A stretch of 64,000 nucleotides of DNA from an uncultured delta proteobacterium (GCA_963782055.1 CAWAIF010000003.1:2240001-2304000), one strand, 5' to 3'; numbered from the stretch's first letter, positions 38,306 through 48,799 are shown. Notes: generated from the letters alone by a model not told the origin. Made by a program: numbers and translations.

Positions 38306-39103
38306 CTACGCGACCTCCTGCATCGCCGCCTGGACATGCTCGGTGGTGACGGACTTCGCCTTGGCGATGGCGGCGGCGAAGAGTGCGTGATGGGCGAGGC
38401 CGTTGGCCTTGCGCGGCAAGCCGCTCGACGCCTGGTAGATCGCCTCGACGGTCGGCGGCTCGAAGAGCGGGACGTCGGTGCCGGCGAGATGGAGGCGATG
38501 GGCGAGGTAGGGGCCCATCTCCTCGCGCGTGAGGCCGCGGACGTGGGCGCGCACGACGACGCGCTGCGCGAGGGCGTCGAGGGCTGCCATGCTCATGCGG
38601 CGGCGCAGCTCGGGATGGCCGACGAGCACGACGGTGAGGCGGTTCTCGGAGTCCATGGCGTAGTTGGTGAGCAGGCGCAGGTCCTCGAGCAGCTCGGTGC
38701 GCAGGTGGTGGGCCTCGTCGACGATGAGCACGGGGCGCAGGCGGTTTTCGGCGCAGAGGCGCGAGACCTCGCCGCGTATCTGCCGGAAGAGCGCAGCGCG
38801 ATTGCGCTCGGTCGGCAGGCCGAGCTCCCAGGCGATGGACTTGTAGAGGTCCATGACGTTGCCCGTGGTCATCGAGACGTAGAGCACGCGGTAGAGGCCG
38901 GTGTGCAGGCCGGCGACCAGGTGGCGGCACGTCGTCGTCTTGCCGGAGCCGCTGTCGCCGGTGACGAGGCCGATGCCGCGCATGTCGACGAGATGGCGCA
39001 GACGCGCGCCGAGCTCGGCGAGCGAGGCGGACTCGAAGAGGTCGTCGGCCGCGAGGTCTTTGTCGAAGGGGTGGCGCGTGAGCGCGAAGTGCTTGCGGTA
39101 CAT
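38306..39103 (-). CDS. ExeA-like AAA+ ATPase (transposition helper)
   Basis: MY..HF.L..HPF, GDSGSGKT, IVDEAHHL, LVGHPEL and SGLPR motifs. Confidence 0.9.
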   Translation of the reverse strand: MYRKHFALTRHPFDKDLAADDLFESASLAELGARLRHLVDMRGIGLVTGDSGSGKTTTCRHLVAGLHTGLYRVLYVSMTTGNVMDLYKSIAWELGLPTERNRAALFRQIRGEVSRLCAENRLRPVLIVDEAHHLRTELLEDLRLLTNYAMDSENRLTVVLVGHPELRRRMSMAALDALAQRVVVRAHVRGLTREEMGPYLAHRLHLAGTDVPLFEPPTVEAIYQASSGLPRKANGLAHHALFAAAIAKAKSVTTEHVQAAMQEVA

Positions 39104-40482
39104 CAGAACAGCTCCTTGTCGGCGTCGTCGTCGACGAGCTCGCGCATGGCCAGGCCCTCGTGGAGCTCGACGCCAGCTCCGGTGGGGATCTCCAGGCTTC
39201 TGGTGGCGGAGTTGCGCTTGACGAAGCAGTTGGCGAGGACATCGACGCGGCGAGCGATCTCGATGCGGCGGCCCTCATGCCAGACCTCGACGTTGCGCTT
39301 GTCGGGCTTGCGCGCCGGGTCGAAGCGGAGCGTGACGCGCTCGCCGACGAGCGCGGCGTCGACCTCGAAGGCAACGCCGTCGAGGGTGACGGTGCGGTCC
39401 TTCTGCACCCTCCTCTTCTGCTCGGCGAGGAAGTGGTCGCCGAGGTCGGCGGCGGGCATTCGGACGCCGTCGCTGGTGCGGGCCCACTTGTCGGCGGGGG
39501 TCTCGTCGCCGAGGCCGCGGTGCGGCGCGTGGTGGTACTCGCCCTCGACCCACGCGGCGAGCGCGCGATTCATCGCGTCGAGGGAGACGAGCTGCGCGGA
39601 GTGGAGCAGCGGCAAGAGCTGCATGCGCGTGGTACGGAACCATCGCTCCATCTTCCCCTTGCCCTGGGGCTTGTACGGCTTGGCGTGGATGAGCGCGATG
39701 CCGAGCTTCGCGCACACGATCGCGAGCTGCTTGGAGCGGAACGCCGAGCCGTTGTCGACGTAGAGTCGCTTGGGGATGCCGCGGCGACGCACGGCCTGCT
39801 CGAGCACCGAGAGGTAGCTGATCGTCCCCTCGGAGAACGTGAAGGCCGCGTGAGGTACGATCCGTGTGGCGTCGTCGATGAACGCGATGAGGTAGGTCTG
39901 TCGCTGGCGGCCCGCATCGCGGATCTTCGGGCCGTACATCACGTCGCTCATCCAGAGGTCGCCGGCGCTCTCGTGCTCGAAGCGACGCCGGTCTTTGCTC
40001 GTCGGCTCCTCGGGCTGCTTCTTCATGAGCCCGCGGCGCGCGAGCACGCGGTGCACCGTCGACTCGGGGAGCGCGACCTCGTCGGTGACGACGTGGGCGT
40101 GGTCGGCGCGTGCGACCTTGATCAGCGCGGGGATCGAGAGCTCGGGCGAGTCCTCCTTCATCTGGCAGAGCAGGTCGACGACGTGCATCGGGATCGACCG
40201 CGTGCTGCCCTGGTCGGCTCGCACGCGCGGCGCCAGCGCATCGAAGCCACCTTGGCGGTAGGCACGGAGCCAGCCGCGCATCGTCTCCGGCGCGACGTGC
40301 CGGCGCAGCGAGCCGGGGATCGTGTAGTCGAGCTCGGCCTTCTTTGCGAGCAGCGCATAGAGGCCGCGGTGGTGCGGCTCGAGGTGCACGAGGTCGGCGA
40401 TGACGCCGTAGCGGAAGAGCGCGATCTCGCGCCGGCGCTCGTCGATCTCGGGTGTCGGTGTGTCGTGGGAATCGGTGTGCAT
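39103..40482 (-). CDS. DDE integrase/transposase with Mu-like C-terminal domain
   Basis: IALFRYGVI, WMSDVMYG, IDDATR, YVDNGSAF and GKGKMERWF motifs. Confidence 0.9.
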   Translation of the reverse strand: MHTDSHDTPTPEIDERRREIALFRYGVIADLVHLEPHHRGLYALLAKKAELDYTIPGSLRRHVAPETMRGWLRAYRQGGFDALAPRVRADQGSTRSIPMHVVDLLCQMKEDSPELSIPALIKVARADHAHVVTDEVALPESTVHRVLARRGLMKKQPEEPTSKDRRRFEHESAGDLWMSDVMYGPKIRDAGRQRQTYLIAFIDDATRIVPHAAFTFSEGTISYLSVLEQAVRRRGIPKRLYVDNGSAFRSKQLAIVCAKLGIALIHAKPYKPQGKGKMERWFRTTRMQLLPLLHSAQLVSLDAMNRALAAWVEGEYHHAPHRGLGDETPADKWARTSDGVRMPAADLGDHFLAEQKRRVQKDRTVTLDGVAFEVDAALVGERVTLRFDPARKPDKRNVEVWHEGRRIEIARRVDVLANCFVKRNSATRSLEIPTGAGVELHEGLAMRELVDDDADKELF

Positions 40483-40600
40483 GGCGGATGCCTTCGGTGC
40501 GCTCGCCCGGACCCTTTCCGAGCGGCGTGCCGGCAAGCTCGGCGAGATCGCCGCCGGCAGCCGGCACCCTTTCGTGTGGGCCGGCCGCGGCGACCCCCGG

Positions 40601-41173
40601 TCACCCGGTCGCCCGCGTGCGCAATCCGAGAGGGACGGGCAACGCACCGAGGTGCCGCTCGCCGAGCTCGCGCAGCACGACGAGCACGCGATGGCACCCG
40701 AGCGCCTCGCGGAAGGCGGCGAGCGTCGGCCTGACGCCTGCGAACCGCTCGGGCATCAGCGTCGCGATCGCGAGCAGCGCGGCGCGCACCGCCGATGCCC
40801 GCCGACGGATCGACCTCAGCGCGCACACGAGCCCGACGGCGTCGTCGGCGTCCGGCGGGTGCACCGCGTCCACCGCCGCCGCGACACCGCCGGCGGCCTC
40901 CACCGCGGTGACGACGTCTTCGACCGCGGCGAGCGTGCCGGAGAGCCGCGCCGCGAGGAACGACGGCAAGAGGCTGATCGACGCCCGCTGCTTGGGGCAC
41001 CACCAGCGCGCGACGCGCACGCCTGCGGGCTCGACGCGGGGGTAGCTCCCGAGCTTCTCGAGGCCGCAACCGCCCTCCGGGTGGAACGGGCAGCTGTCGA
41101 GAATTGCGCTTTCCCACGCACGTTGAGTAACGTAGCCCTCGTCGGAGAGCGGGCATTTCCACGGAACTTGCAC
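40601..41173 (-). CDS. Accessory protein of the Mu-like element (Zn-finger-like)
   Basis: CPFHP.GGC...WWCP...SLLPSFLA; directly upstream of the transposase. Confidence 0.7.
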   Translation of the reverse strand: MQVPWKCPLSDEGYVTQRAWESAILDSCPFHPEGGCGLEKLGSYPRVEPAGVRVARWWCPKQRASISLLPSFLAARLSGTLAAVEDVVTAVEAAGGVAAAVDAVHPPDADDAVGLVCALRSIRRRASAVRAALLAIATLMPERFAGVRPTLAAFREALGCHRVLVVLRELGERHLGALPVPLGLRTRATG

Positions 41174-41419
41174 GGCGCTGACACGAGCCCGCACGTGGTC
41201 CAGACGTGCGGGCTCACTCCTTTTGTCCGACGCATGCTCGCGCGCCGGCACGTCTCACCACGAATTCCTGGTGATCGCCGCCGGCCTGCGCCGCGTCTCA
41301 GGTGCCGGACTGCGCCAACGTCTCAGGAGATTGAACGGGCGCAGAGACCGGGAGAGACCAAGCGGGGGATCACGAGGGAAGGCGAGGCCCAACAACCCCT
41401 CGCACTTCAGGTGCGCGAA

Positions 41420-41650
41420 GCCCCGGCAGAGAAGGCGCAGCCAGACGTTCTGCCCAGCCACGCGGCGCACCTACGCTCGCCCGGGAGCGAACGTCGTCTC
41501 GATGTCGGCAGGACCTGGGAGCACGCCTTCGCGTGACAGGTGCCTCACCGCCACGAACACGGCGCGGAAGGCGGGCGATCCCGCAACGATGCCCAGCCGG
41601 TCGAGGCTTCGCCGGAACGTCGCGCTCAGCCGCGTGAAGCGTGCGGCCAC
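41420..41650 (-). pseudogene. RelE/ParE-like toxin remnant with internal stop
   Basis: MAARFTRLSATFRRSL...LPGPADIETTFAPGRA*VRRVAGQNVWL; TAG at 41471-41473; overlaps a small acidic upstream ORF. Confidence 0.5.
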
Positions 41651-41811
41651 GGTGACGCTCCCGTCCGGATGCAGCGCTCCAGCTCCTCGGCCGTGAGCTC
41701 GATGAAGTCGCCGTTCGCGAGGTCCTCGAGGGCGCTGCGGAGCTCGGTCTCCAGGTCGGGTGAGCCATCGGTCATCGCGGTTGCTGCGGAGGGGTTGCTC
41801 GGGATGGCCAT
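41626..41811 (-). CDS. Small acidic protein, possible antitoxin
   Basis: ELRSALEDLANGDFIELTAEEL; overlaps the toxin-like ORF. Confidence 0.5.
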   Translation of the reverse strand: MAIPSNPSAATAMTDGSPDLETELRSALEDLANGDFIELTAEELERCIRTGASPWPHASRG

Positions 41812-41853
41812 GGGGTGAGATTCGCAGAGGCGCCTCGGGTTGTCACAAACGCG

Positions 41854-43014
41854 TCAGTCGCCGCTCGCGTCGCCTGCGCCCGCGTCCAGCGCCGGGAGAG
41901 TGCGAACAAGCCGGAAACCCATCAGCGGCGCCCGATAGCCGAAGTTGAAGTATGCCGATCGTGCGGCGGAGCGACAGGTGTTGGTGCGAAAATTGGCGAC
42001 TCCGCCACGTACGACGAGCCCGTAGCTGCCTAGGCTCCCCATGGGGTCTATCAACGGCCCGGGACCATAACCGGAACCCGAGTATTGCGTGGAGGTCCAC
42101 TCGAGAGCGTTGCCGCTGGTATCGTAGAGACCCCAGCCATTCGCCAGTTTCTGTTCGACCGGGTGCGTGAACCCATTCGAATTGAAGCAGTACCAGCCGA
42201 TCTCATCCATGTCGACGTCGTCCACGCAGGCCAACGAGTGCACGACGTCGCCGTTGTATAGCGGTGTCGTCGTCCCTGCACGAGCCGCGTATTCCCACTC
42301 CGCTTCGGTCGGAAGTCGGTAGCCCGTGCACTCATACGTCGTTGCGGTCGTGATGGAGCGCGCAGAGCACTTCATGCCCTGCCCCGGTGAGCCTGTGCAG
42401 CCCGAGAGAGTGTAGCACGGAGGCAAGGGCGGCTGGTGTTCCGTGGAGAGCTGGTTCGCGGCCGCCATCACGTCCTCGAGCGTCACATTCCCAACCGGAC
42501 ACTGCGGCCCCAGGCAGTCGCCGTAGACGGAGCCGCCATCTCCGGCGTCGAGGTGCTGCGTGCTTGGGTTCGGATTGCCGAGCGACGTCCATTCGGCCTG
42601 TGTCATCTCCGTCTGTTGGATCTCGAAGTCATGGGTGAGCGTGACCTGCACCTGATCCTCGTCATACAGGCCGCGACCATACTCGCACGGTGGAGAGCCC
42701 ATGACGAAACAGCCGCGCGAAACGCGGCACCATCCGCCGTCGCATGCCGGTACCACGGGGGGCAGCTTGCAGTCAGGCGAGGGGATTGCGGTCGGAGCGC
42801 AGGCGTCATTCTCGGCGCGAGCGTCGACAGTAGAGCTTTCGACTGGGGCCCCGGCGTCCCATGCGCCGTCGGGAGCCAGCGCGTCGCCGCCGGCGTCGCC
42901 GCCCTCACCAGGTTCACTGCACGCGGAGCACGCGGCGGCAGCGCCAAGCAGCGGCGTCCCGGCCGCGAGAGCGAAGGCGAGCAAGCGTGGGCATACCCTA
43001 TCGCGTGACGCCAT
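41854..43014 (-). CDS. Formylglycine-generating-enzyme (FGE-sulfatase/SUMF1) domain lipoprotein
   Basis: FVMGSP, RLPTEAEWEYAARAG, NGWGLYDTSGNALEW and RGG...GFRLVR motifs. Confidence 0.92.
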   Translation of the reverse strand: MASRDRVCPRLLAFALAAGTPLLGAAAACSACSEPGEGGDAGGDALAPDGAWDAGAPVESSTVDARAENDACAPTAIPSPDCKLPPVVPACDGGWCRVSRGCFVMGSPPCEYGRGLYDEDQVQVTLTHDFEIQQTEMTQAEWTSLGNPNPSTQHLDAGDGGSVYGDCLGPQCPVGNVTLEDVMAAANQLSTEHQPPLPPCYTLSGCTGSPGQGMKCSARSITTATTYECTGYRLPTEAEWEYAARAGTTTPLYNGDVVHSLACVDDVDMDEIGWYCFNSNGFTHPVEQKLANGWGLYDTSGNALEWTSTQYSGSGYGPGPLIDPMGSLGSYGLVVRGGVANFRTNTCRSAARSAYFNFGYRAPLMGFRLVRTLPALDAGAGDASGD

Positions 43015-43124
43015 ACACGGATCCGTCGTTGATGAAGGTCTGGATGCGTTGATCGCCAGGTGGGAAGACCTCTGTTACCGCGTTCGGGAGGTTCGAGCCA
43101 CCATGGTCGCTCCAGTAGACGGCC

Positions 43125-44569
43125 CATGGCCAGATCCTTTGGACATAACGTGGCGGAATGATGGAAATAAATCGGGCGCCTTTCTCGTTGTTCGGTTGCG
43201 ACACCAACAAGGAGAGGACGCCCGATGACGACGAGAGCTACCCGAGCCACGAGCAGCCGTCCAGACCCGAGCGAAGAGGCGAGCGCGGTGGAGGAGCAGC
43301 TGCAGCGGACCTTCACGCCGGCGGTCATCGACGAGCTTCGGGGCCGCACCGGCTACAACCCGCGGCAGCGGCGCGCCACCGCGTTCCGCCTGGTGCTCAC
43401 GGTCGTCGAGGGGTTCCTCGCGGGCCAGACGCTGTCGTTCGAGTCGCTGCGGGCGATCTTCGTGAGGCGCTTCGGCTTCATGCGCCCGTGCCCGTTCCAG
43501 AAGCGGTTCAAGCAGGAGTCGGCGGCGGCGTTCTTCCGCGCGGCGCTCGAGCACCTCGTGGCGTCGGTGACGAAGGCGGCGGGCCTGGAGCTGAGCGGGC
43601 CGCTCGCCCGCTTCGAGGACGTGCGGGTCTACGACGGTACGGGGCAGCGCGTGCCACCGCGCGGGCGCGAGCTGCTGCCGGGATGCACCAAGGGCAAGGC
43701 CGGCACCAAGTGGGTGATGGGCTACAGCATCAAGACCGGCCTGCTCGAGCACGGCGTCTCCGACGCGGAGACCGCGTCGGAGACGCCGCTGTGGCGGAAG
43801 CTGGTCCCGAGCTTCACGCGCGGGGTGCTCTACCTCTTCGACCTCGGCTTTTTCGAGCGCGCTCTGTTCACGCAGGCGAAGGCTGCCGGCGCGCACGTGC
43901 TGATGCGCCTCAAGACCACGGCGAAGGTACGCGTGACCGCGCACATCTCGGAGAACGGCCACACCCCGCTCCACAACTGGTCGCTTGGCTACTACCTGCA
44001 GAGCGTGTCGCGCAAGCGCGGGACGATCTTCGACCTCGACGTGACGTGGGGCAAGGGCAAGGACACCGTCGCATTGCGGCTCGTGGGACTCGCGCACAAG
44101 TCGACCGTCATCCGCTGGTACCTGACCACCGTGCCGCGCAGCGTGCTCTCGCCACGGCAGATCATCCAGACCTACCGACTCCGCTGGCTGATCGAGCTGC
44201 TCTTTCGCGAGCTGAAGCAGACCGCCGACCTCGGCCGCTCCTTCACCGCCGATCCCCACGCGATCAAGGCGCTCACCTACGGCGCGATGCTCGCCCACGC
44301 GCTCGTGCGCTCGGTCAGGATCCAGGCTGCACTCGCGCGCGACGTCCCTCTCGAGCAACTGCGCCCCCTGGCGACGTTGCACGTCGTGCGCGCCTACGCG
44401 CGGGACCTGGTCGACGCCCTCGTCTCCCTGAGCACCGCCGCGTGGACTGCCGTCGTGACCACCGTGGGCGCGGCACTCGTCGCTCTGGCACGCGAACGAC
44501 AACCTTCACGCTCCAGGAAACGAATCGCCCTCAAACTTGGGGCGATCGGTGCTTAAGAGATCGGGCATG
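43125..44569 (+). mobile_element. IS4-family insertion sequence
   Basis: 10-bp TSD GTAGACGGCC (43115-43124 and 44570-44579); imperfect IRs CATGGCCAGATC and GATCGGGCATG. Confidence 0.92.
43225..44556 (+). CDS. IS4-family transposase
   Basis: YDGT, FDLGF and the Y-R-x-R-W-x-I-E-x-x-F-R-E-L-K (YREK) signature. Confidence 0.92.
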   Translation: MTTRATRATSSRPDPSEEASAVEEQLQRTFTPAVIDELRGRTGYNPRQRRATAFRLVLTVVEGFLAGQTLSFESLRAIFVRRFGFMRPCPFQKRFKQESAAAFFRAALEHLVASVTKAAGLELSGPLARFEDVRVYDGTGQRVPPRGRELLPGCTKGKAGTKWVMGYSIKTGLLEHGVSDAETASETPLWRKLVPSFTRGVLYLFDLGFFERALFTQAKAAGAHVLMRLKTTAKVRVTAHISENGHTPLHNWSLGYYLQSVSRKRGTIFDLDVTWGKGKDTVALRLVGLAHKSTVIRWYLTTVPRSVLSPRQIIQTYRLRWLIELLFRELKQTADLGRSFTADPHAIKALTYGAMLAHALVRSVRIQAALARDVPLEQLRPLATLHVVRAYARDLVDALVSLSTAAWTAVVTTVGAALVALARERQPSRSRKRIALKLGAIGA

Positions 44570-45035
44570 GTAGACGGCCTGCCCTGCGCAGCCCGAAGCA
44601 GATCCTTCGTCTTCGCATTGGCGCCTGTAGATATTCGCAAGGTCGGGTTGAAGCACCGGCGCGGTAGGGTCGCGCGAGATGCCCATGTAGAAGTCCATCC
44701 CGTCGTACTCCGAGGCGTGATCTGTCAGGACGCAGTGGCTCTCGGTCCACCGCACGGGATTGATGCACGAGACGGCATAACGGCATAAGGTGGTTTGTGC
44801 ACCTGGAGCTGGTCGTCCCGGAAGTACTTGTAGTACGCGAACGTGCACGTGCTGGCGCCGCTGTTCCAGAGGTTGCCGGCGGAGAACTGCGCGAACCCCT
44901 CGATCTGCGCCCCGCCCTGGTCCTCGGTCGACTGCAGGCAGTGGATGGTGTTCCCGGTCGGGTTCAAGAAGTGGAAGGAGAACAGGCGTCGGACGCCGTC
45001 AAGCATCGGCCGCCTTCCCGCCGTAGACTCGCCGC

Positions 45036-45359
45036 ATGAACGTCGCTCCTGCTGCGGAGAGCTTCCTCCGGCTCGTGTTGCCGGTTCCGGGATTCTTCCT
45101 CGCCGATACGCGGCTGCTCGTCTGGGTGGACGGCCGGTACGTCGTCGATGCCAGCTTCCTGCGCGGGTTCGACTGGTGGACGCCCGTCGCGCCGGGCGTC
45201 CACGTCGTCGCGACGCGACTTCAGGGGGTGGTGACTCGCGACCGGTCGTACCCGATCGAGGTGCGGGCGGGTCTCGTCACCGTCGCCGTGCTCGACTACA
45301 GCCGCATGTGGGGCAACCTCACCGCCAAGCCGAAGAGCGTGACCTTCGTCCCGCGCTGA
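45036..45359 (+). CDS. Hypothetical protein
   Basis: 107-aa ORF with coding-like composition; ends LDYSRMWGNL. Confidence 0.6.
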   Translation: MNVAPAAESFLRLVLPVPGFFLADTRLLVWVDGRYVVDASFLRGFDWWTPVAPGVHVVATRLQGVVTRDRSYPIEVRAGLVTVAVLDYSRMWGNLTAKPKSVTFVPR

Positions 45360-45496
45360 ACCGCGCTCGCTCCGATCCCGGTTCGGGGATCCCGTCGAGG
45401 TGGCGTCCGGCCTCGTAGATGTGGCGCAAGGTGGTCGAGGCGTCGCCGGCGCCGCCGCTGGATGCGATGCGCTCACCTCGCCCGCGAGCGGCGGCG

Positions 45497-45642
45497 CGCT
45501 CGTGCAGGAGCCGCGCGGGATCAGGAGGCCCCTCGAGGGGCCCGGCGAGCCGCACGAGGTCCCGCGGCGCGCGCCGGCTCGCGCTCCTCCCTACCGCAGC
45601 GCCGTCATCCGCCGCATCGCCGGCGCCATCGTCGCCGCCTGA
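45497..45642 (+). pseudogene. Third, degenerate copy of the IS91-like transposase tail
   Basis: [47 protein letters not shown]; close DNA match to about 20560-20706. Confidence 0.85.
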
Positions 45643-45744
45643 CCTCTGCCCGGGAGGGGAGCGGTCCGATCTACTTCGCACAGCCGATCGCCGCCCACCA
45701 CTTCTCGGAGCGCGCGCGTCTCGGGTACGCGCTAGGCTCTGGGC

Positions 45745-47010
45745 GTGTCCTCGACGCCCGACGCGCTGATTTCATTCGCCGCACGCCTCGCGCCCGGCAC
45801 GCAGCTCGACTGGGACGCGCTCCGGGCGAGCGTCGCCGACCCGGCGATGTACGCGCGCGCGAACGCCGAAGCCCTCGCCGGGCGCGGCATCCGCGACCGA
45901 TTGCCGGCGAACCTCCCGTGGCTGGCGCTCGTCGACGCGCTCATCGACGTGGGCCGGGCGTGGGAGATCGACTGGAAGGAGGACCCGAGCGAGGTGCGCG
46001 CCGCGATCGAGTCCATCGCGGCCCCGCCGCTCGAGGACGGCGCGTTCGATGCGCTCGATGACATCGACGAGGTCGATACCGAAGCGTTCCTGAAGAAATG
46101 CGACCGCGCGCTCCGTGGCGTCGGGCGTGCGCTCGTCCAGCTCGACATCGGCTCCGACTCGTATCCTCTGGTAGTCGTACAACGTGTTGCGCTCACCAAT
46201 CTCGTCCGCGACTCGACTGCGCTCGGTCTCGGTCGGCTTCGCCCGTTCTTGCCCGTTACGGCGAAGGTTGCGGCGCGCACGAAGGAGGCCCCGCGCCCGC
46301 TCAAGCCGAAGGTCGCTTCGCGATCCGCGGTGAAAGAGGCGTTCGAGGACATCCGTTACCGCCTCGCCTTGGCCGAGGACAAAGGCGGGTTGGCGCTGCT
46401 CACCGCGCCGTCCGCGCCGTCCCTGGCCCTCGCACTGGCGAGGGCGTACCTCACGCTGGACGACGATGCGCGGGCGCGCGACACGTTGAAGCGCGCCGCG
46501 GTCCTGCGCCTGCGCGCCATCGAGGAGCGCCAGCGCATGTACGGGCATCGCCCCGAGCACTCGCGCCTCCGCTACGACTACGGCACCCTCGAGGAGGACG
46601 CCGCCGCCTGCCTCACGGGCGCGTTCGAGCCGATCGGGGCGGAGTACGACCGCTGGGGCATCGAGGAGGCGAGAGCGCCCTACTCGCACCTCGGAGCGAT
46701 TGGGGCGCGTACCTCCGCGCTGTTCCGCGGGCAGCCCTTCCCACCGCCGTCCGAGCGCAACGTCAAGGACGCCAAGCGCTGGAAGTACAATCACGTGTTC
46801 GAAGCGCTCGCCGCGGCGTCTGCGCGCGACGCGGAGCGGCTCGCGAGCCCGCTCACACTCCACCTCCGGCGGTTCTTACGCGACTACGACGGCAAGCAAA
46901 CGGGGTGGACCTGCTTCTTCGCGACGGCGCTACTGCGCGTCGCCGGCGCCCATGGGGAGCTTCCTGAGGATGTTCGGCCGATGGTCCCGCCGTCGCTGCT
47001 CGCTGGATGA
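45745..47010 (+). CDS. Hypothetical protein (DUF6630-like N-terminus, helical immunity-like C-terminus)
   Basis: EIDWKED and LDIGSDSYPL motifs. Confidence 0.6.
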   Translation: MSSTPDALISFAARLAPGTQLDWDALRASVADPAMYARANAEALAGRGIRDRLPANLPWLALVDALIDVGRAWEIDWKEDPSEVRAAIESIAAPPLEDGAFDALDDIDEVDTEAFLKKCDRALRGVGRALVQLDIGSDSYPLVVVQRVALTNLVRDSTALGLGRLRPFLPVTAKVAARTKEAPRPLKPKVASRSAVKEAFEDIRYRLALAEDKGGLALLTAPSAPSLALALARAYLTLDDDARARDTLKRAAVLRLRAIEERQRMYGHRPEHSRLRYDYGTLEEDAAACLTGAFEPIGAEYDRWGIEEARAPYSHLGAIGARTSALFRGQPFPPPSERNVKDAKRWKYNHVFEALAAASARDAERLASPLTLHLRRFLRDYDGKQTGWTCFFATALLRVAGAHGELPEDVRPMVPPSLLAG

Positions 47011-47099
47011 GCATCGCGCACGCCACGCTCGCGAGCCCTGCGCGGCCCGCCTTCTCGCGCGGACCCGCGCGCGGCTCCGCTGGCGAAGACGGAGAGGAG

Positions 47100-47429
47100 A
47101 GCGCGGTGATGGTGCGTATTCCGGGCTGACCCGGGCACCGGTCGACCAGGGCCAGCGGACCGAGCAGGTTTGGCGTCGCGGTCTCGACGGCTGCGCGGCC
47201 GGGGGCTCCCGCGCTCGGGCGAAGTGGGTTGTCGAAGTTCACGATCTGGAGCGGACCGAAGTCGTCGCCCGTCACGTTCAGGCATCCGCCGAGGGGGGCC
47301 TCGGTGTCGACCGCCGAGCTCGAGCGCGCGCAGAGCCCGCTGCATGGGCGTCATCGCCGCGATGCGCTCGCGCTCACGACGCGTCGTCGCATCGGCGCTC
47401 TTGCTCGGGCGTCCGTGCAGGCTCTCCAT
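47100..47429 (-). pseudogene. Deleted remnant of a small-protein plus nucleotidyltransferase-like pair
   Basis: RERIAAMTPMQRALRALELG followed by the fragment TGDDFGPLQIVNFDNP; family assignment tentative. Confidence 0.35.
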
Positions 47430-47584
47430 GCGCGTGGGGCCGTCCGGTCTCACTGCAAGGACGGATCAGGGTGAGCACGCGCGAGGCAGACTTGCGCCAG
47501 GAGCTGGAGGGCTACCTGGACTGCGGCAAAGAAAACGGCGCGCCGGGGAGAGGCCGGGCGCGCCGTCTTCTCAGCCGCGAACTT

Positions 47585-48799
47585 CTAGTTCCAGCAGTAG
47601 TTGACCCCGGTGCAGCCGCTGTGGTCGTGCACGTACGCCGAGTACGAGCAGCCGATGCTGCCGCAGTCGTAGTTCACGCTCTTGCTGTACGACTCCGACA
47701 CCGGGCTGGCAGTGCAGTGGCTGCTCTCGCCCCAGCCGTCCTCGTAGGCGAGGTGGTCCACCTTGTTGTTGGCCGTGGAGCAGGCGTACTGGCTCGCCGT
47801 GCCGCCGAAGAGCAAGGCGCACGCCTCCTGGCACGTGTAGGTCGGCGGATTGTTGCTCCACACCGGACCGTCGTGGACGGCGAAGCTCCCGGCGAGCGTG
47901 AAGCTCGCTTTGCAGACGCCGGCCACGCACGCCTCCTTCGGGCCGCACGCGTTGCCGCACGAGCCACAGTTGGCGCTGTCGGTCTGCGTGCTGGCGCAGT
48001 ACGGCGCGCCGCCGTCCGGCGAGCAGAGGGTCTGATTGCCGAGGCAGGTGCACTGACCGGCCGTGCATGTCTGGCCCGCGCTGCACACAATCCCGCAGCC
48101 GCCGCAGTTGGCGTTGTCGGTCTCGAGGTTCGCGCAGTACGGAGAGCCGAGGCTGCTGCCCGCGTCTCCCGCGTCTCCTGCGTCTCCTGCGTCGCCCGCG
48201 TCGGTCGCAGCATCGTTCGACGCGTCAACCGACGCGTCGCTCACGCCGCCGTCGTTCTGCGGGGCGCTGCACATCGTCAGCCCCTGCTGGCAAGACAGAG
48301 CGCACTGGCCGGCGCTGCAGATCTCGCCATCCTTGCACATGGTCCCACAGCCGCCGCAGTTGGTGCGATCCGTCTGGGTGTCGACGCACGACTGGCCGCA
48401 CTGCGTCTCGCTCGACGCGCACGTCGTGTTGCACTTGCCCTGCGAGCACACCTCGCCGCCGTTGCACTTGGTGCCGCACGCGCCGCAGTTCGCCGGATCG
48501 CTGTTGGTATCGGCGCAGCTGTTGCCGCAGTTCGTGGTGCCGCCGCCACAGGCGAGCGCGCAGGTGCCCTGCGAGCAGACCTCCCCCGTATTGCACTTGT
48601 TGCCGCAGGCGCCGCAGTTCTCGGGGTCGCGAGCGACCACCGTGCAACTCCCGCCGCACGTCTCGCTGCCGTCGCCGCAACCCGCGCCGGCGGGCGGAGT
48701 GCTGTCACCGCAAGCGCCAAGCATCGCGGCGAGGCAGAGTGCCGCGCCCAAGGCGGCAAGAGCGCCAGACCATGTGCGTCCGAGTCGCTTTCCGTTCAT
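47585..48799 (-). CDS. Cys-rich repeat lipoprotein (Stig1-like DxxNCGxCG repeats)
   Basis: MLGAC lipobox; five D(P)xNCGxCG repeats. Confidence 0.88.
   Translation of the reverse strand: MNGKRLGRTWSGALAALGAALCLAAMLGACGDSTPPAGAGCGDGSETCGGSCTVVARDPENCGACGNKCNTGEVCSQGTCALACGGGTTNCGNSCADTNSDPANCGACGTKCNGGEVCSQGKCNTTCASSETQCGQSCVDTQTDRTNCGGCGTMCKDGEICSAGQCALSCQQGLTMCSAPQNDGGVSDASVDASNDAATDAGDAGDAGDAGDAGSSLGSPYCANLETDNANCGGCGIVCSAGQTCTAGQCTCLGNQTLCSPDGGAPYCASTQTDSANCGSCGNACGPKEACVAGVCKASFTLAGSFAVHDGPVWSNNPPTYTCQEACALLFGGTASQYACSTANNKVDHLAYEDGWGESSHCTASPVSESYSKSVNYDCGSIGCSYSAYVHDHSGCTGVNYCWN

Larger units (their letters stand above)
38125..41394 (-). mobile_element. Three-gene Mu-like DDE transposase plus ExeA-type ATPase element; ends approximate
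   Basis: TGTTG...CAACA candidate ends, repeated GTCTC/GAGAC motifs near the right end; no TSD found. Confidence 0.65.
42998..44995 (-). pseudogene. 3' remnant of a gene upstream of the FGE gene: 5'-truncated, frameshifted by an 8-bp duplication and split by IS4
   Basis: ...VHKPPYAV|SCINPVRW...CAGQAVY|WSDHGG...YGVTR* rejoins after removing one ACGGCATA (44772-44787) and the IS plus one TSD copy. Confidence 0.75.

Noticed and set aside
26370..43014. Diversity-generating retroelement (FGE/CLec target, four-helix Avd-like protein, RT)
   Set aside because: No template repeat matching the FGE 3' end was seen. The RTs are a group II intron maturase and a UG/Abi type, and the parts are scattered over more than 15 kb.
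48160..48200. 9-nt GDA repeats (and ASAT/DAG repeats elsewhere) as phase-variation tracts
   Set aside because: Unit lengths are multiples of 3 encoding low-complexity linkers, so they cannot shift frame.
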